Assembly: GCA_965223865.1 (NCBI GenBank)
Contig: OZ245020.1
Location: 1,376,001 to 1,440,000 of the forward strand
Source of the DNA: Nitrosarchaeum sp.
Lineage (GTDB): Archaea > Thermoproteota > Nitrososphaeria > Nitrososphaerales > Nitrosopumilaceae
DNA: 64,000 nt
Direction of reading: 5' to 3'
Shown here: positions 30,314 through 39,569 of the stretch, in pieces
How positions within the stretch are numbered: the stretch's first letter is position 1
Layout: every line of letters starts with the position of its first letter
The notes under the pieces: generated by a model
Seen by the model: only the letters and a program-made list of their open reading frames with translations
The model's database searches: none
Told to the model about the DNA's origin: nothing
Made by a program: the position numbers and the translations under genes

Positions 30314-31453
30314 TTGAAAATTATAATTTCTCTATTAGCAATGTTTTTGTTTACGGGATTAATTGCTCCATCTCTTGCTGATACTATTGAACCACCATTA
30401 AAACAGTATGATTCAAAAACAGATCCACATAACATCAAATGTAAACCAGAGTTAAAATTAGTATTCAAAGATAAGGTTTGGAGTCCAGCATGTGTAAAGC
30501 CATCAAGTGTTGACAAGCTAATTGAAAGAGGTTGGGCAGCAAAACATGATCCCCATCACATGGATGTAATGATGCCAATGAAAAAAGAAAGAGTATTTTT
30601 TACATTACAGGGAGATGACCAAGTAGCATCCATAAGCATGGAAAAATGGACTGCAGGCCCAAAAATGACCTATCTATCTGTAAATAATGACAGTACCGTG
30701 ATTCTAGCTACAAGCAGTGGTTCTGATACAATCTTTGCTTTTGATACATTTCAAGGAGAACTAATCTCTGAGGTTAAAGTTGGCAGTACTCCAAAGGGAG
30801 TAAAATTTCATCCAGATGGCAAAATTGCCTTTGTAGCAAATGAGGGCTCCGGAACAGTAGGAGTAATTGAAACTTATTCCTGGAATGTAACAAAAGAGAT
30901 TGAGGTAGGACAATTACCTCATAACATCAGGTTTGATTCTACCGGAAAAACTGCATACGTAACTTTGCAGGGAGAAGATAAGATTGCCATAATTGATGTT
31001 GAACATCTACAAATGATAGACTCAATTTCAGTAGGAAATATGCCACATAATCTTGATTTGTCACCTGATGACAGATACCTATACACATCCAACATTGGAA
31101 CTAACGATGTTGCAGTAATAGATCTGCAAGCCAAGGAGATCATCAAGAGAATACCTGTTAGTACAGGGCACCATGGAATAGATGTCTCCCCTGATGGGAA
31201 ACGAGTCTATGTTTCAGGTATCGGTTCAGATCTGGTAAACGTGATCGATGTTGATTCCTTTGAACTGATAAAGGTGATTGCAGTAGGTAATGGTCCACAC
31301 GGGATTCGTACAAATGATAATGGAAGCAAACTGTATGTGGGAGTAACAAAAACCAATGAAATTGCGGTAATAGACACCAAAAGTCTTACAGTTACGCAAA
31401 ATATCAAAACAGGAAATATTCCATTTTGGATAGCCATTCCTGAAAATCCCTAG
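30314..31453 (+). CDS. Secreted YVTN/YncE beta-propeller protein with thaumarchaeal Cys-domain and His/Met linker
   Basis: PLKQ..C...PACVKPSSVDKLIERGW domain; HDPHHMDVMMPM; repeated PHGI/SPDGKRVYV blades. Confidence 0.85.
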   Translation: MKIIISLLAMFLFTGLIAPSLADTIEPPLKQYDSKTDPHNIKCKPELKLVFKDKVWSPACVKPSSVDKLIERGWAAKHDPHHMDVMMPMKKERVFFTLQGDDQVASISMEKWTAGPKMTYLSVNNDSTVILATSSGSDTIFAFDTFQGELISEVKVGSTPKGVKFHPDGKIAFVANEGSGTVGVIETYSWNVTKEIEVGQLPHNIRFDSTGKTAYVTLQGEDKIAIIDVEHLQMIDSISVGNMPHNLDLSPDDRYLYTSNIGTNDVAVIDLQAKEIIKRIPVSTGHHGIDVSPDGKRVYVSGIGSDLVNVIDVDSFELIKVIAVGNGPHGIRTNDNGSKLYVGVTKTNEIAVIDTKSLTVTQNIKTGNIPFWIAIPENP

Positions 31454-31600
31454 ACAATGAAACTAAAGCAATCACTAAACTACGTACCTAGTTCCCATAG
31501 AATGGGATTTTTTTAGAAACAAGTTACTGTCCTCTCTGGTCTGATTCGAACTAACTTTTCATTATTTTTGGGCATAGTTATGTAAAAATTATATTCCTAC

Positions 31601-31630
31601 TGTTAACCCATACAAAATCAAAGGTTAACC
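31601..31630. promoter_or_regulatory. BirA-box-like operator upstream of bioB-bioF
   Basis: TGTTAAC-N16-GTTAACC, ending about 12 nt before a TTATTTAA box; resembles the BirA consensus TGTtAAC-N14/16-GTTaACA. Confidence 0.6.
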
Positions 31631-31673
31631 TTTCCAATATCTTATTTAACCCCAAATTTACTAAAGAAATCTG

Positions 31674-32654
31674 ATGAGTTCTTCCTTAGAGTTTATCAAA
31701 GAATGCCAAGAAAAGGTATTTTCAGGAGTTGGATTGTCTGCAGAAGATGCTCAAAAATTATTCAATATTCCTGATGAAAATCTCAAAGATTTAGCAAATG
31801 CAGCTAATGAAATTACTCGAGACTTTAATGGAGACAAAGTAGATGTCGAAGAATTAAACAATATAAAAAAGAATTCTTGTAGTGAAGACTGTTCATTTTG
31901 TGGACAATCTGCATTTTTTGATACAGGAATTGATACCTATCAACTTCCAACACCAGACGAAGTTGTATCAAGAGCTCAAATTGCAAAAGATGATGGTGCA
32001 GAATCCTATTGTCTTGTAGCTGCATGGAGGGAACCAACACCAAAAGATTTTGAAAAAGTATGTAAAATTATTTCTGATGTTAATGAGAAAGTTGGAATAA
32101 GTATAGAATGTAGTTTAGGATTTCTAACATCAGAACAAGCAAAAAAACTCAAAGAACTCAAAGTAAAGAGATACAATCACAACTTGGAAACTGCAAAATC
32201 AAAATTTGCTGAAATTTGTACTACTCATACATATGATGACAGATTAAAAACACTAAGAACTGCAAGGGAAGCAGGATTAGAATTATGCACTGGTGGAATT
32301 ATTGGTGTAGGTGAAACACGAGAACAAAGATTAGAATTAACTTTAGAGTTAGCTGCAATTTTTCCTGAAGAAGTAACAATCAATATGTTAGTTCCTGTCC
32401 CTGGAACACCACTTGAACTTCAAACTCCCCTATCAAATTCAGAAATTGTAAGAATGTTTTCAGTGATTAGATTTTTGCTTCCCGAATCAGTCATAAAGAT
32501 TTCAGGTGGTCGTGAAACTAATCTTGATGACTCTGGAGAAGAATTGTTGCAAAGTGGTGCAAATGGGATTATTACTTCAGGATATCTTACAATGGGCGGA
32601 AATGATGCTAGAAAAGACATCAAAATGATTAAAAAAATCGGTCTTGAAGCATAA
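31674..32654 (+). CDS. bioB: Biotin synthase
   Basis: CSEDCSFCGQS, YNHNLET and CTGGIIG motifs. Confidence 0.97.
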   Translation: MSSSLEFIKECQEKVFSGVGLSAEDAQKLFNIPDENLKDLANAANEITRDFNGDKVDVEELNNIKKNSCSEDCSFCGQSAFFDTGIDTYQLPTPDEVVSRAQIAKDDGAESYCLVAAWREPTPKDFEKVCKIISDVNEKVGISIECSLGFLTSEQAKKLKELKVKRYNHNLETAKSKFAEICTTHTYDDRLKTLRTAREAGLELCTGGIIGVGETREQRLELTLELAAIFPEEVTINMLVPVPGTPLELQTPLSNSEIVRMFSVIRFLLPESVIKISGGRETNLDDSGEELLQSGANGIITSGYLTMGGNDARKDIKMIKKIGLEA

Positions 32655-33771
32655 TCTGAGATTTATCAACAAAGAGTTAGACAAGATTAAAAAAAATCAT
32701 CTCTATAGAAGTTTGAAATTTGGTAAATCAAGTGGAGCATACATTACAATTAATGGTAAAAAATTACTAAATCTGTGCTCAAATGATTATCTAGGAATTC
32801 CTACAACAAAATTACAAGTCAAACAAATGCAGTCAAGCTCAAGACTTGTCTCAGGAAATGACGAACAATTCAGAATACTAGAAGAAAAGCTGGCCAAACA
32901 CAAATCACAAAAAAGCAGTTTAATCTATCCAACAGGATACATGGCAAATTTTGGAACAATTTCAGCAATTGCAAAAAGAGGAGACCTCATACTAAGTGAT
33001 GAACTAAATCATGCAAGCATAATTGAATCATGTAAATTATCTGAAGCAAAGGTTTCAATTTTTAAGCATAATGATACAGATGATCTAAAAAAGAAACTAA
33101 AACAGAAAGCAAAAAAAAAATTTGTAATTACTGAAGGGATTTTTAGTATGGACGGAGATTTTTCAAAACTAGATCAGATAACAGAGATAGTAGAAAAATC
33201 AAATGCAGTTACAATACTAGATGATGCACACGGTGATTTTGTAGTAGGAAAGAATGGAAAAGGAACAGCAAACTATTACAATGTTTCAAAAAAAATTGAC
33301 ATCTATATTAGTAGTCTAAGCAAAGGATTAGGATCCTTTGGTGGGTATATTGCATCAGAGAAAAATGTAATTGATTATTCCATAAACAAATCCAAATCTT
33401 TTATCTATACTTCAGCTCTTCCTACCTTTTTAGTAGAATATTCAATTAAAAGATTGGATTCAAACAGAGAAAAATATCGAAAAAAACTTGAAAAAAATAG
33501 AGAATTTTTTTCAAAAGGTTTGAGAGAAATTGGATATGGGATTAAATCAAACAGTCATATTATTCCGTTAATTATAGGAGATGAAAAAACTGCAATGGAG
33601 TTTGGAAAGTATATTTTTGATAATGGAGTTTATGCTCAGCCAATAAGATATCCTACTGTTCCAAAGAACAAAGCTAGGCTGCGAATAACGATTACGGCTT
33701 GGCTGACCAAAAAAGACATTGAATCTGCCTTGATAATTTTTGAGAAAGCAGCAAAACGTTTCCATTTTTAA
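32644..33771 (+). CDS. bioF: 8-amino-7-oxononanoate synthase
   Basis: SNDYLG, DELNHASII, EGIFSMDGD, DDAH and SLSK motifs. Confidence 0.93.
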   Translation: MKHNLRFINKELDKIKKNHLYRSLKFGKSSGAYITINGKKLLNLCSNDYLGIPTTKLQVKQMQSSSRLVSGNDEQFRILEEKLAKHKSQKSSLIYPTGYMANFGTISAIAKRGDLILSDELNHASIIESCKLSEAKVSIFKHNDTDDLKKKLKQKAKKKFVITEGIFSMDGDFSKLDQITEIVEKSNAVTILDDAHGDFVVGKNGKGTANYYNVSKKIDIYISSLSKGLGSFGGYIASEKNVIDYSINKSKSFIYTSALPTFLVEYSIKRLDSNREKYRKKLEKNREFFSKGLREIGYGIKSNSHIIPLIIGDEKTAMEFGKYIFDNGVYAQPIRYPTVPKNKARLRITITAWLTKKDIESALIIFEKAAKRFHF

Positions 33772-33827
33772 TCAAATCAAGTTTTTACAATCCAGATCAG
33801 TTAATCTATCGCATCTTGCTAGAAAAA

Positions 33828-33935
33828 TTATCTGTATGAATCAAGACCAAAAGGACCAGCAGGTGAACCTAAGATTACGGCAATTGTAAGTACTATGCCT
33901 AAGGCCACGCCCACAATAACAAATCGTTTGTTCAT
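33828..33935 (-). CDS. Single-TM micropeptide (35 aa)
   Basis: MNKRFVIVGVALGIVLTIAVILGSPAGPFGLDSYR*. Confidence 0.55.
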   Translation of the reverse strand: MNKRFVIVGVALGIVLTIAVILGSPAGPFGLDSYR

Positions 33936-34030
33936 AAAATTAAGAGTTCTAGCCAAGATAAAAACGAAATGTCTAGTCATTAGACAAAATTTGGAAGAAC
34001 CCTTTAAAGTAAAATTTACACATTACTACT

Positions 34031-34762
34031 GTGGCAGAGATTACTTTTGCAGTTGCTGCGCTGGCAGGGTTGAGTTCCTTTTTAGCACCTTGTATTTTAC
34101 CTATGATTCCAGCATTTTTGGCATATATCTCAGGAACAACACTTAGTGATCTAAATCAAAGTGCAGGATCAAAAACAGTTACAATTAATAGAACAAATAT
34201 TATTTTAAATTCAGTATTTTTTGTATTAGGATTTTCTGTAGTTTTTTCAATATTAGGAGTTATCATAAACAGTGTTCTATCAAGTTCTGCTGGAATAGTA
34301 GAAGGATTAAACCAAATCGGAGGAGTAATTATAGTAGGGTTTGGAATCTTTTTGCTACTTTCAAGTAAAATTACTAAACTAAATGTAGAAAAGAAATTCT
34401 TTCCAAAAAGATCAAATGCAAGCTATCCAATGTCATTTGTTTTTGGTTTAGCTTTTGCTGCAGGATGGACACCATGTGTTGGACCAATACTTGGGACAAT
34501 TCTGACATTAGCAGCCACTACACCATCTGTTGCATTTAATCTTCTTTTGGTGTATTCATTAGGATTGGGAATTCCATTTATTTTGATTGGAATCTTCTAT
34601 TCAAGAGCAAATAAAATCATCAAGGCGATGAGCAGACATCTAAAATATTATAACCTTATCTTGGGAGGGTTTATTGTAATTTTGGGAGTTCTAGTATTTA
34701 CAAACCAACTTGCATATATTGCAAATTTTCCACTACTTAATGAATTGTTATTTTTAGGATGA
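34031..34762 (+). CDS. ccdA: CcdA/DsbD-family disulfide transporter
   Basis: SFLAPCILPMIP and GWTPCVGPIL motifs. Confidence 0.93.
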   Translation: MAEITFAVAALAGLSSFLAPCILPMIPAFLAYISGTTLSDLNQSAGSKTVTINRTNIILNSVFFVLGFSVVFSILGVIINSVLSSSAGIVEGLNQIGGVIIVGFGIFLLLSSKITKLNVEKKFFPKRSNASYPMSFVFGLAFAAGWTPCVGPILGTILTLAATTPSVAFNLLLVYSLGLGIPFILIGIFYSRANKIIKAMSRHLKYYNLILGGFIVILGVLVFTNQLAYIANFPLLNELLFLG

Positions 34763-34766
34763 AAAA

Positions 34767-35870
34767 ATGAGATCAGAAATAAAAACAGCCATAATATTTG
34801 GCATAATTATTGCAATAGCAGTAGGAGCAACAAGTGTAATTTTATCTACATATGATTCAGAAGTTGAAACCAATACAATAACTGAAGACTCGGGTGGAAA
34901 AATTAATAAATCAAATTTTAAGATGGCACCAAACTTGGTAGGGATTGCCCATTATCTAAATACAACACCTGAAGAACTTTCAGAACAAATCAAAGACAAA
35001 GTAGTCTTGTACGATATTTGGACATATAGTTGCATAAACTGTGTGAGAACATTACCATACATCACAGCATGGAATGAAAAGTACTCAGATGAAGGATTGA
35101 TAGTTATTGGAATTCATTCTCCAGAATTTGAATTTGAAAAAGATCCAAAAAATGTTCAAATGGCAATTGACAAACATGGAATTTCATATCCTGTAGTAAT
35201 GGACAATGATATGGAGACATGGAAGGCTTTTGAAAATAGATACTGGCCAAGAAAATACATTGCAGACCATGAAGGATATATCAGATATGATCATATTGGA
35301 GAGGGAGCATATCAAGAAACTGAAAAGATAATTCAGAAGTTGTTAGAAGAAAGATCAATATCATTAGGATTACAAATTGCATCTGCTGAAACTCTAGTAG
35401 AGTTAGAAGAGTTTGTGCACACAAGTTTTAGAACTCCGGAATTATACTTTGGATACAAATTTGCTCAAAACAGAAATCAGTTAGGAAGTGAAGAAGGATT
35501 CAACCAGAATAAGATTACTACATATTCGGAGCCTCAAAGAATAGAGCTACACAAATTCTATCCTGTAGGAGAATGGAAAAATCTGGAAGACAGTATGGAG
35601 TTGGTATCAAGTACAGGCCATATAAAACTGCAATATCATGCAAAAGAAGTAAATATTGTAACTGCAAATTATGCGGACTTGGAAATCTTTCTTGATGAAA
35701 AACCACTTCCCTCTAAATATACTGGAAAAGACATCATATCAGAAAACAAGATTACAGTTACAGAGCCAGGCCTATACAATATTATAAACAGTAAAGATTC
35801 ATCTACCCACATATTAGAAATTAAAGTCAATAGTCCAGGTTTTCAAATATTCACATTTACCTTTGGATAG
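34767..35870 (+). CDS. Redoxin (DipZ-like thioredoxin) protein
   Basis: WTYSCINC, GIHSPEFEFEK, YWP and TPELYFG motifs. Confidence 0.9.
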   Translation: MRSEIKTAIIFGIIIAIAVGATSVILSTYDSEVETNTITEDSGGKINKSNFKMAPNLVGIAHYLNTTPEELSEQIKDKVVLYDIWTYSCINCVRTLPYITAWNEKYSDEGLIVIGIHSPEFEFEKDPKNVQMAIDKHGISYPVVMDNDMETWKAFENRYWPRKYIADHEGYIRYDHIGEGAYQETEKIIQKLLEERSISLGLQIASAETLVELEEFVHTSFRTPELYFGYKFAQNRNQLGSEEGFNQNKITTYSEPQRIELHKFYPVGEWKNLEDSMELVSSTGHIKLQYHAKEVNIVTANYADLEIFLDEKPLPSKYTGKDIISENKITVTEPGLYNIINSKDSSTHILEIKVNSPGFQIFTFTFG

Positions 35871-35917
35871 TGTAACTGAAGTGTCATGTCACTGTGGTTA
35901 CAGCCATGTTGGTGACA
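35871..35917. promoter_or_regulatory. Symmetric four-half-site element upstream of the ESCRT-III gene
   Basis: TGTAAC(35871), TGTCAC(35887), GTTACA(35897), GTGACA(35912), then TTTAAAA. Confidence 0.45.
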
Positions 35918-35964
35918 AATCCATTTAAAACAAAATTTTAGAGCGAGGTTGAGGAAATTAAGGT

Positions 35965-36618
35965 TTGATAAGTAACTCTTGGAACAAGACTGAAAGAGAA
36001 AGCATTTCTCAAAAAGTAATGGGAAAAGTAAAGCCAGACGTACCTCTAAAAAATAAAATAGATATTGCACAAAAAAAGTTACAATTTCAAATTTCTAAAC
36101 TTGAAAACATTACTGAAAAATTACAAAAAAAACATGATGGAATTTTTGAGAAAATTATCAAAGCACAAAGATCACATAATAATGTCTATGCTCAGGCATA
36201 TGCATCTGAACTTGTCCAAATAAGGAAAATGAAAAACATGGTAAGTGGAGCAAAACTGTCAATGGAGCAGATTCATCTCAGATTAAACACAGTTTCAGAA
36301 CTTGGAGATGTAGTAGTTACTCTCAGTCCTGCTATGTCAATCATTAAAGGTCTAAGTCCATCACTAAGTGGAATAATGCCTGAAGCTAATGCTTCAATGC
36401 AAGATTTATCACAATTGTTAGGAGATGTGATGTCTGGTTCATCCATTAATGGAGAGGACATGATGAATGTTGGAAGCCATGAAAACTCGGACACTTTAGC
36501 AATCTTAGAGGAGGCACATTCTGTAATTGCAGGACAAACAAAACAATCCATCCCAGACATTCCAGACAATCTAAAACAAGAAATTGTTCAAAAGAAAACA
36601 ACAGATATTTTCATATAA
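35965..36618 (+). CDS. cdvB: ESCRT-III/Snf7-family CdvB paralog
   Basis: AYASELVQIRKM...LSMEQIHLRLNTVSELGD...ILEEA pattern. Confidence 0.88.
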   Translation: MISNSWNKTERESISQKVMGKVKPDVPLKNKIDIAQKKLQFQISKLENITEKLQKKHDGIFEKIIKAQRSHNNVYAQAYASELVQIRKMKNMVSGAKLSMEQIHLRLNTVSELGDVVVTLSPAMSIIKGLSPSLSGIMPEANASMQDLSQLLGDVMSGSSINGEDMMNVGSHENSDTLAILEEAHSVIAGQTKQSIPDIPDNLKQEIVQKKTTDIFI

Positions 36619-36625
36619 GCAAAAT

Positions 36626-36967
36626 TCATCTAGATTTTTTTTTGCTTTTTTGAATTAGGATTTTTTTGATTCTAGAGATAGTAGGGTAACTGTATCCTCT
36701 TCTTCGATAATTTGCAATCATCATTTTCCAGTTTTTGAGTCTCCATTGAGCTTGCTCTGTAGTTACCGAATGAACTTCTTTTTGAATTATACTTTTTCTT
36801 CCAACCTTTAGAGTTCCAGCATCTTTGGCAGACCATCTATTTTTTGCAAATTTCAGACCTGTTAAAATTTCACTAAGGGGCATTTCTTTGAAATACTCTT
36901 TTAATTTCTTTATCTCAGCATCTGTTGGTTTTTTTGCAAGAGATAATTCTATTGTAGGTTTTTGCAC
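36626..36967 (-). CDS. Basic hypothetical protein
   Basis: 113-aa ORF with RGYSYPTISR segment. Confidence 0.7.
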   Translation of the reverse strand: MQKPTIELSLAKKPTDAEIKKLKEYFKEMPLSEILTGLKFAKNRWSAKDAGTLKVGRKSIIQKEVHSVTTEQAQWRLKNWKMMIANYRRRGYSYPTISRIKKILIQKSKKKSR

Positions 36968-37056
36968 ATAAAGACTAAAATCTGATTACATAAGAAATTC
37001 TTGCTAAATCAGATTTTACTAATATGGATAATAATACAAAACAATTTCATATAGAA

Positions 37057-37176
37057 CTAGCAATCTATGCCCACAATAGAGTTTTTACATATTGTCATGT
37101 ACATCCCTAATCCCAAAATCAAGGCAGCAAAAGCACCCAATGGAATTAAAATAAAGACATTGGTCTTTAAACCCAT
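37057..37176 (-). CDS. Single-TM micropeptide (39 aa)
   Basis: MGLKTNVFILIPLGAFAALILGLGMYMTICKNSIVGIDC*. Confidence 0.5.
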   Translation of the reverse strand: MGLKTNVFILIPLGAFAALILGLGMYMTICKNSIVGIDC

Positions 37177-37215
37177 AAAAAAAATTAATCTTTTCCATAT
37201 AAAATTGTCACAGTT

Positions 37216-37632
37216 TTATTCAATGGTGATAACAAAAGTTCCTTTTGTGTTTGGATTTTGTAATAAAGATACCATTTCTCTAGGTAAAAGATCAGAGGCT
37301 TTGTCACATTTCACTGACAATGTTCTTGGGCAAACAAAGTCGCTTTTTCTAATTACAATATCTTCTGTGTGTGTTAAAGTAAGATTTTCATGTCCTTGTC
37401 CCTTTACAAGAAATTTATGTTCTCCTACTTTGATTAAAAAAGACACTTTGGAGTTAGGATCTCTCAGTTTTTCTTTAAATTCTGATGGTAAATCTGCACA
37501 ACTGGAGGTGGCATTTACACCAATGATGCAATCTCCCTGAGGAGTCAAATGAGATTCTTTTGTAATTTCTATTGTTTTTTGATGAAATGACCGGATATTT
37601 TCATGCCCAGAAAATTCAATTTCAAATTTCAT
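37216..37632 (-). CDS. DUF371 family protein
   Basis: GHENI...TIEITKE.HLTPQGDCIIGV and IVIRKSDF motifs. Confidence 0.88.
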   Translation of the reverse strand: MKFEIEFSGHENIRSFHQKTIEITKESHLTPQGDCIIGVNATSSCADLPSEFKEKLRDPNSKVSFLIKVGEHKFLVKGQGHENLTLTHTEDIVIRKSDFVCPRTLSVKCDKASDLLPREMVSLLQNPNTKGTFVITIE

Positions 37633-37769
37633 AAAAAATAAAATGCAAATCATACAAATTAAGCTTGACAAAAATGAAAAAAGGAGTGACCGTTAGCCTC
37701 CGATCAATTAAGATGAATTTTCTGATTATGGGCAGAGTTTAAATTAAACTTTCAAAGCATTGGAATCAA

Positions 37770-38507
37770 ATGCTTCCTGCACAACAAGGTTACGATAGAG
37801 CAATTACAGTATTTTCCCCCGATGGCAGACTGTATCAGGTAGAATATGCAATAGAGACTGTAAGACGAGGCACTATTGCAGTTGGAGTAAAGTGCAAAGA
37901 AGGAATAGTCATTGCAGTGGAGGAGAAACCAAGAAAACTGCAAATTTCTGAGACTGCACAAAAGATTTTCCAAATTGATGATCATGTAGGAGTTGCAGCA
38001 GCAGGGTACATTCCTGATGCAAGAAGTCAAGTGGATAACGCAAGATTCTTTTCACAAAGTAACAAAATGATTTATGATGAACTAGTTGAAGTTGAGACAA
38101 TTGCAAAGCATTTAGCTGATCAATGTCAACAATTTACACAATATGCAGGAGTAAGACCATTTGGTGTTGCATTAATCCTTGGAGGAGTAGTTAACGGTAA
38201 ACCGCAGTTATTTCTAACAGATCCTAGTGGAACTTACATTTCTTATGATGCAATTGCAATTGGTTCAGGTTCTGATCAAGTAACAGACTTTTTAGAAAAG
38301 ACATATTCATCAGATCTTTCACTTGATGATGCCTCTGCATTAGCAGCTGGCGGAATTTATTTGGGAAGTGAAGATAAGGAAGGAACAAGTCATATTAGAA
38401 TGGCACAAATAAAATCAGACACTGGTTTATTTTCATTGGTATCCGATGAACAAGTTGCAAACTATGCAAAAACTGCAATAGAAAAATATCCACACGACAA
38501 GAACTAA
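37770..38507 (+). CDS. psmA: Proteasome subunit alpha
   Basis: GYDRAITVFSPDGRLYQVEYA signature. Confidence 0.98.
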   Translation: MLPAQQGYDRAITVFSPDGRLYQVEYAIETVRRGTIAVGVKCKEGIVIAVEEKPRKLQISETAQKIFQIDDHVGVAAAGYIPDARSQVDNARFFSQSNKMIYDELVEVETIAKHLADQCQQFTQYAGVRPFGVALILGGVVNGKPQLFLTDPSGTYISYDAIAIGSGSDQVTDFLEKTYSSDLSLDDASALAAGGIYLGSEDKEGTSHIRMAQIKSDTGLFSLVSDEQVANYAKTAIEKYPHDKN

Positions 38508-38525
38508 TTGCTATAAAATATTTGT

Positions 38526-39359
38526 GTGAATAATTCATTGAAACTGTCTGTCGCCATTCCAGAATCTTCATTATCTGATGAGTCTACCAAAATAGATAAA
38601 ACAAGAAAGATTTCAGTTCTAGCAAGAGCCTGTGCAATATTTAGAATAGATACAATTTATGTATACCATGAAGGAAACAACAAAGAAGATGGGAATCTTC
38701 TTGTAACCATTCTAAAATATTTGGAGACCCCACAATTTCTACGAAAAAGATTGTTCCCAAAAATGAACGAATTGAAATTTGCAGGAGTCTTACAACCATT
38801 GAAAATTCCGAGCCACATAACTCCTGCCAATCCAAAAAAAATCATCAAAGGTGACATTAGAGAAGGAATTGTTGTTAGTATGAAAGGTAAAAGATTTGTC
38901 GATGTTGGAATAAATCAACTTGTTCCATATTTTGGCAAAGAGAATATGGGAAAACGAATCACGGTTCAATTCAAAACAGATTATCCAGATTTTACAGTAA
39001 AAGAAATTCAAAAAGATGAATCATCCCTTTATTGGGGATATTCAGTAAAAGAGAGAGCAAATCTTTTTTCATTAATGGATGAGTGGAAAGGAAATACTAT
39101 AATCACATCGAGAAAAGGAAAAACTGCAACAAAAGAGCAATTAGCAAAATATCTAAAATCAAACCTGCCAACTTTGGTAGTTTTTGGTTCTCCTGCAAAA
39201 GGAGTTCACGAAATTCTGGGCGGTAAAATGAAAAATGTTCAAAATGCAAAAACATTAAACTTTTTTCCAAACCAAGCAACTGAAACTGTTCGCTTAGAGG
39301 AGGCACTAATGGGTACATTATCAATAATTAATGCATATACTTTAGGTCAGAGTAACTAA
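38526..39359 (+). CDS. SPOUT RNA methyltransferase (DUF171/C9orf114-like)
   Basis: ARACAIFRID, YLETPQFLRK and NQATETVRLEEA motifs. Confidence 0.9.
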   Translation: MNNSLKLSVAIPESSLSDESTKIDKTRKISVLARACAIFRIDTIYVYHEGNNKEDGNLLVTILKYLETPQFLRKRLFPKMNELKFAGVLQPLKIPSHITPANPKKIIKGDIREGIVVSMKGKRFVDVGINQLVPYFGKENMGKRITVQFKTDYPDFTVKEIQKDESSLYWGYSVKERANLFSLMDEWKGNTIITSRKGKTATKEQLAKYLKSNLPTLVVFGSPAKGVHEILGGKMKNVQNAKTLNFFPNQATETVRLEEALMGTLSIINAYTLGQSN

Positions 39360-39360
39360 A

Positions 39361-39471
39361 ATGGCTGAAAAGAAAAATTTTTTGATCTTAGCAATAGGAT
39401 TAGGAGTAATAGGAATCATAATTGGTGGTATCACGATATGGAATATTACTTCGAGTTTGTTTGAGCCATGA
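39361..39471 (+). CDS. Single-TM micropeptide (36 aa)
   Basis: MAEKKNFLILAIGLGVIGIIIGGITIWNITSSLFEP*; directly after the upstream stop. Confidence 0.55.
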   Translation: MAEKKNFLILAIGLGVIGIIIGGITIWNITSSLFEP

Positions 39472-39491
39472 TCTAAATTTCAAAACAATAT

Positions 39492-39521
39492 GGTTAACCA
39501 AGTAAAATTTTTAGGTTAACA
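39492..39521. promoter_or_regulatory. GTTAAC-N16-GTTAAC element upstream of the rpl3 cluster
   Basis: GGTTAACC-N14-GGTTAACA, same geometry as the bioB site. Confidence 0.5.
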
Positions 39522-39569
39522 ACAACTCACATGGTTTATTAGACGGTTCTCGATGATTTCGTTTTATCC

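Noticed and set aside
37067-37540. 157-aa + strand ORF and other short antisense ORFs in the track
   Set aside because: They overlap well-supported genes on the opposite strand and carry no motifs.
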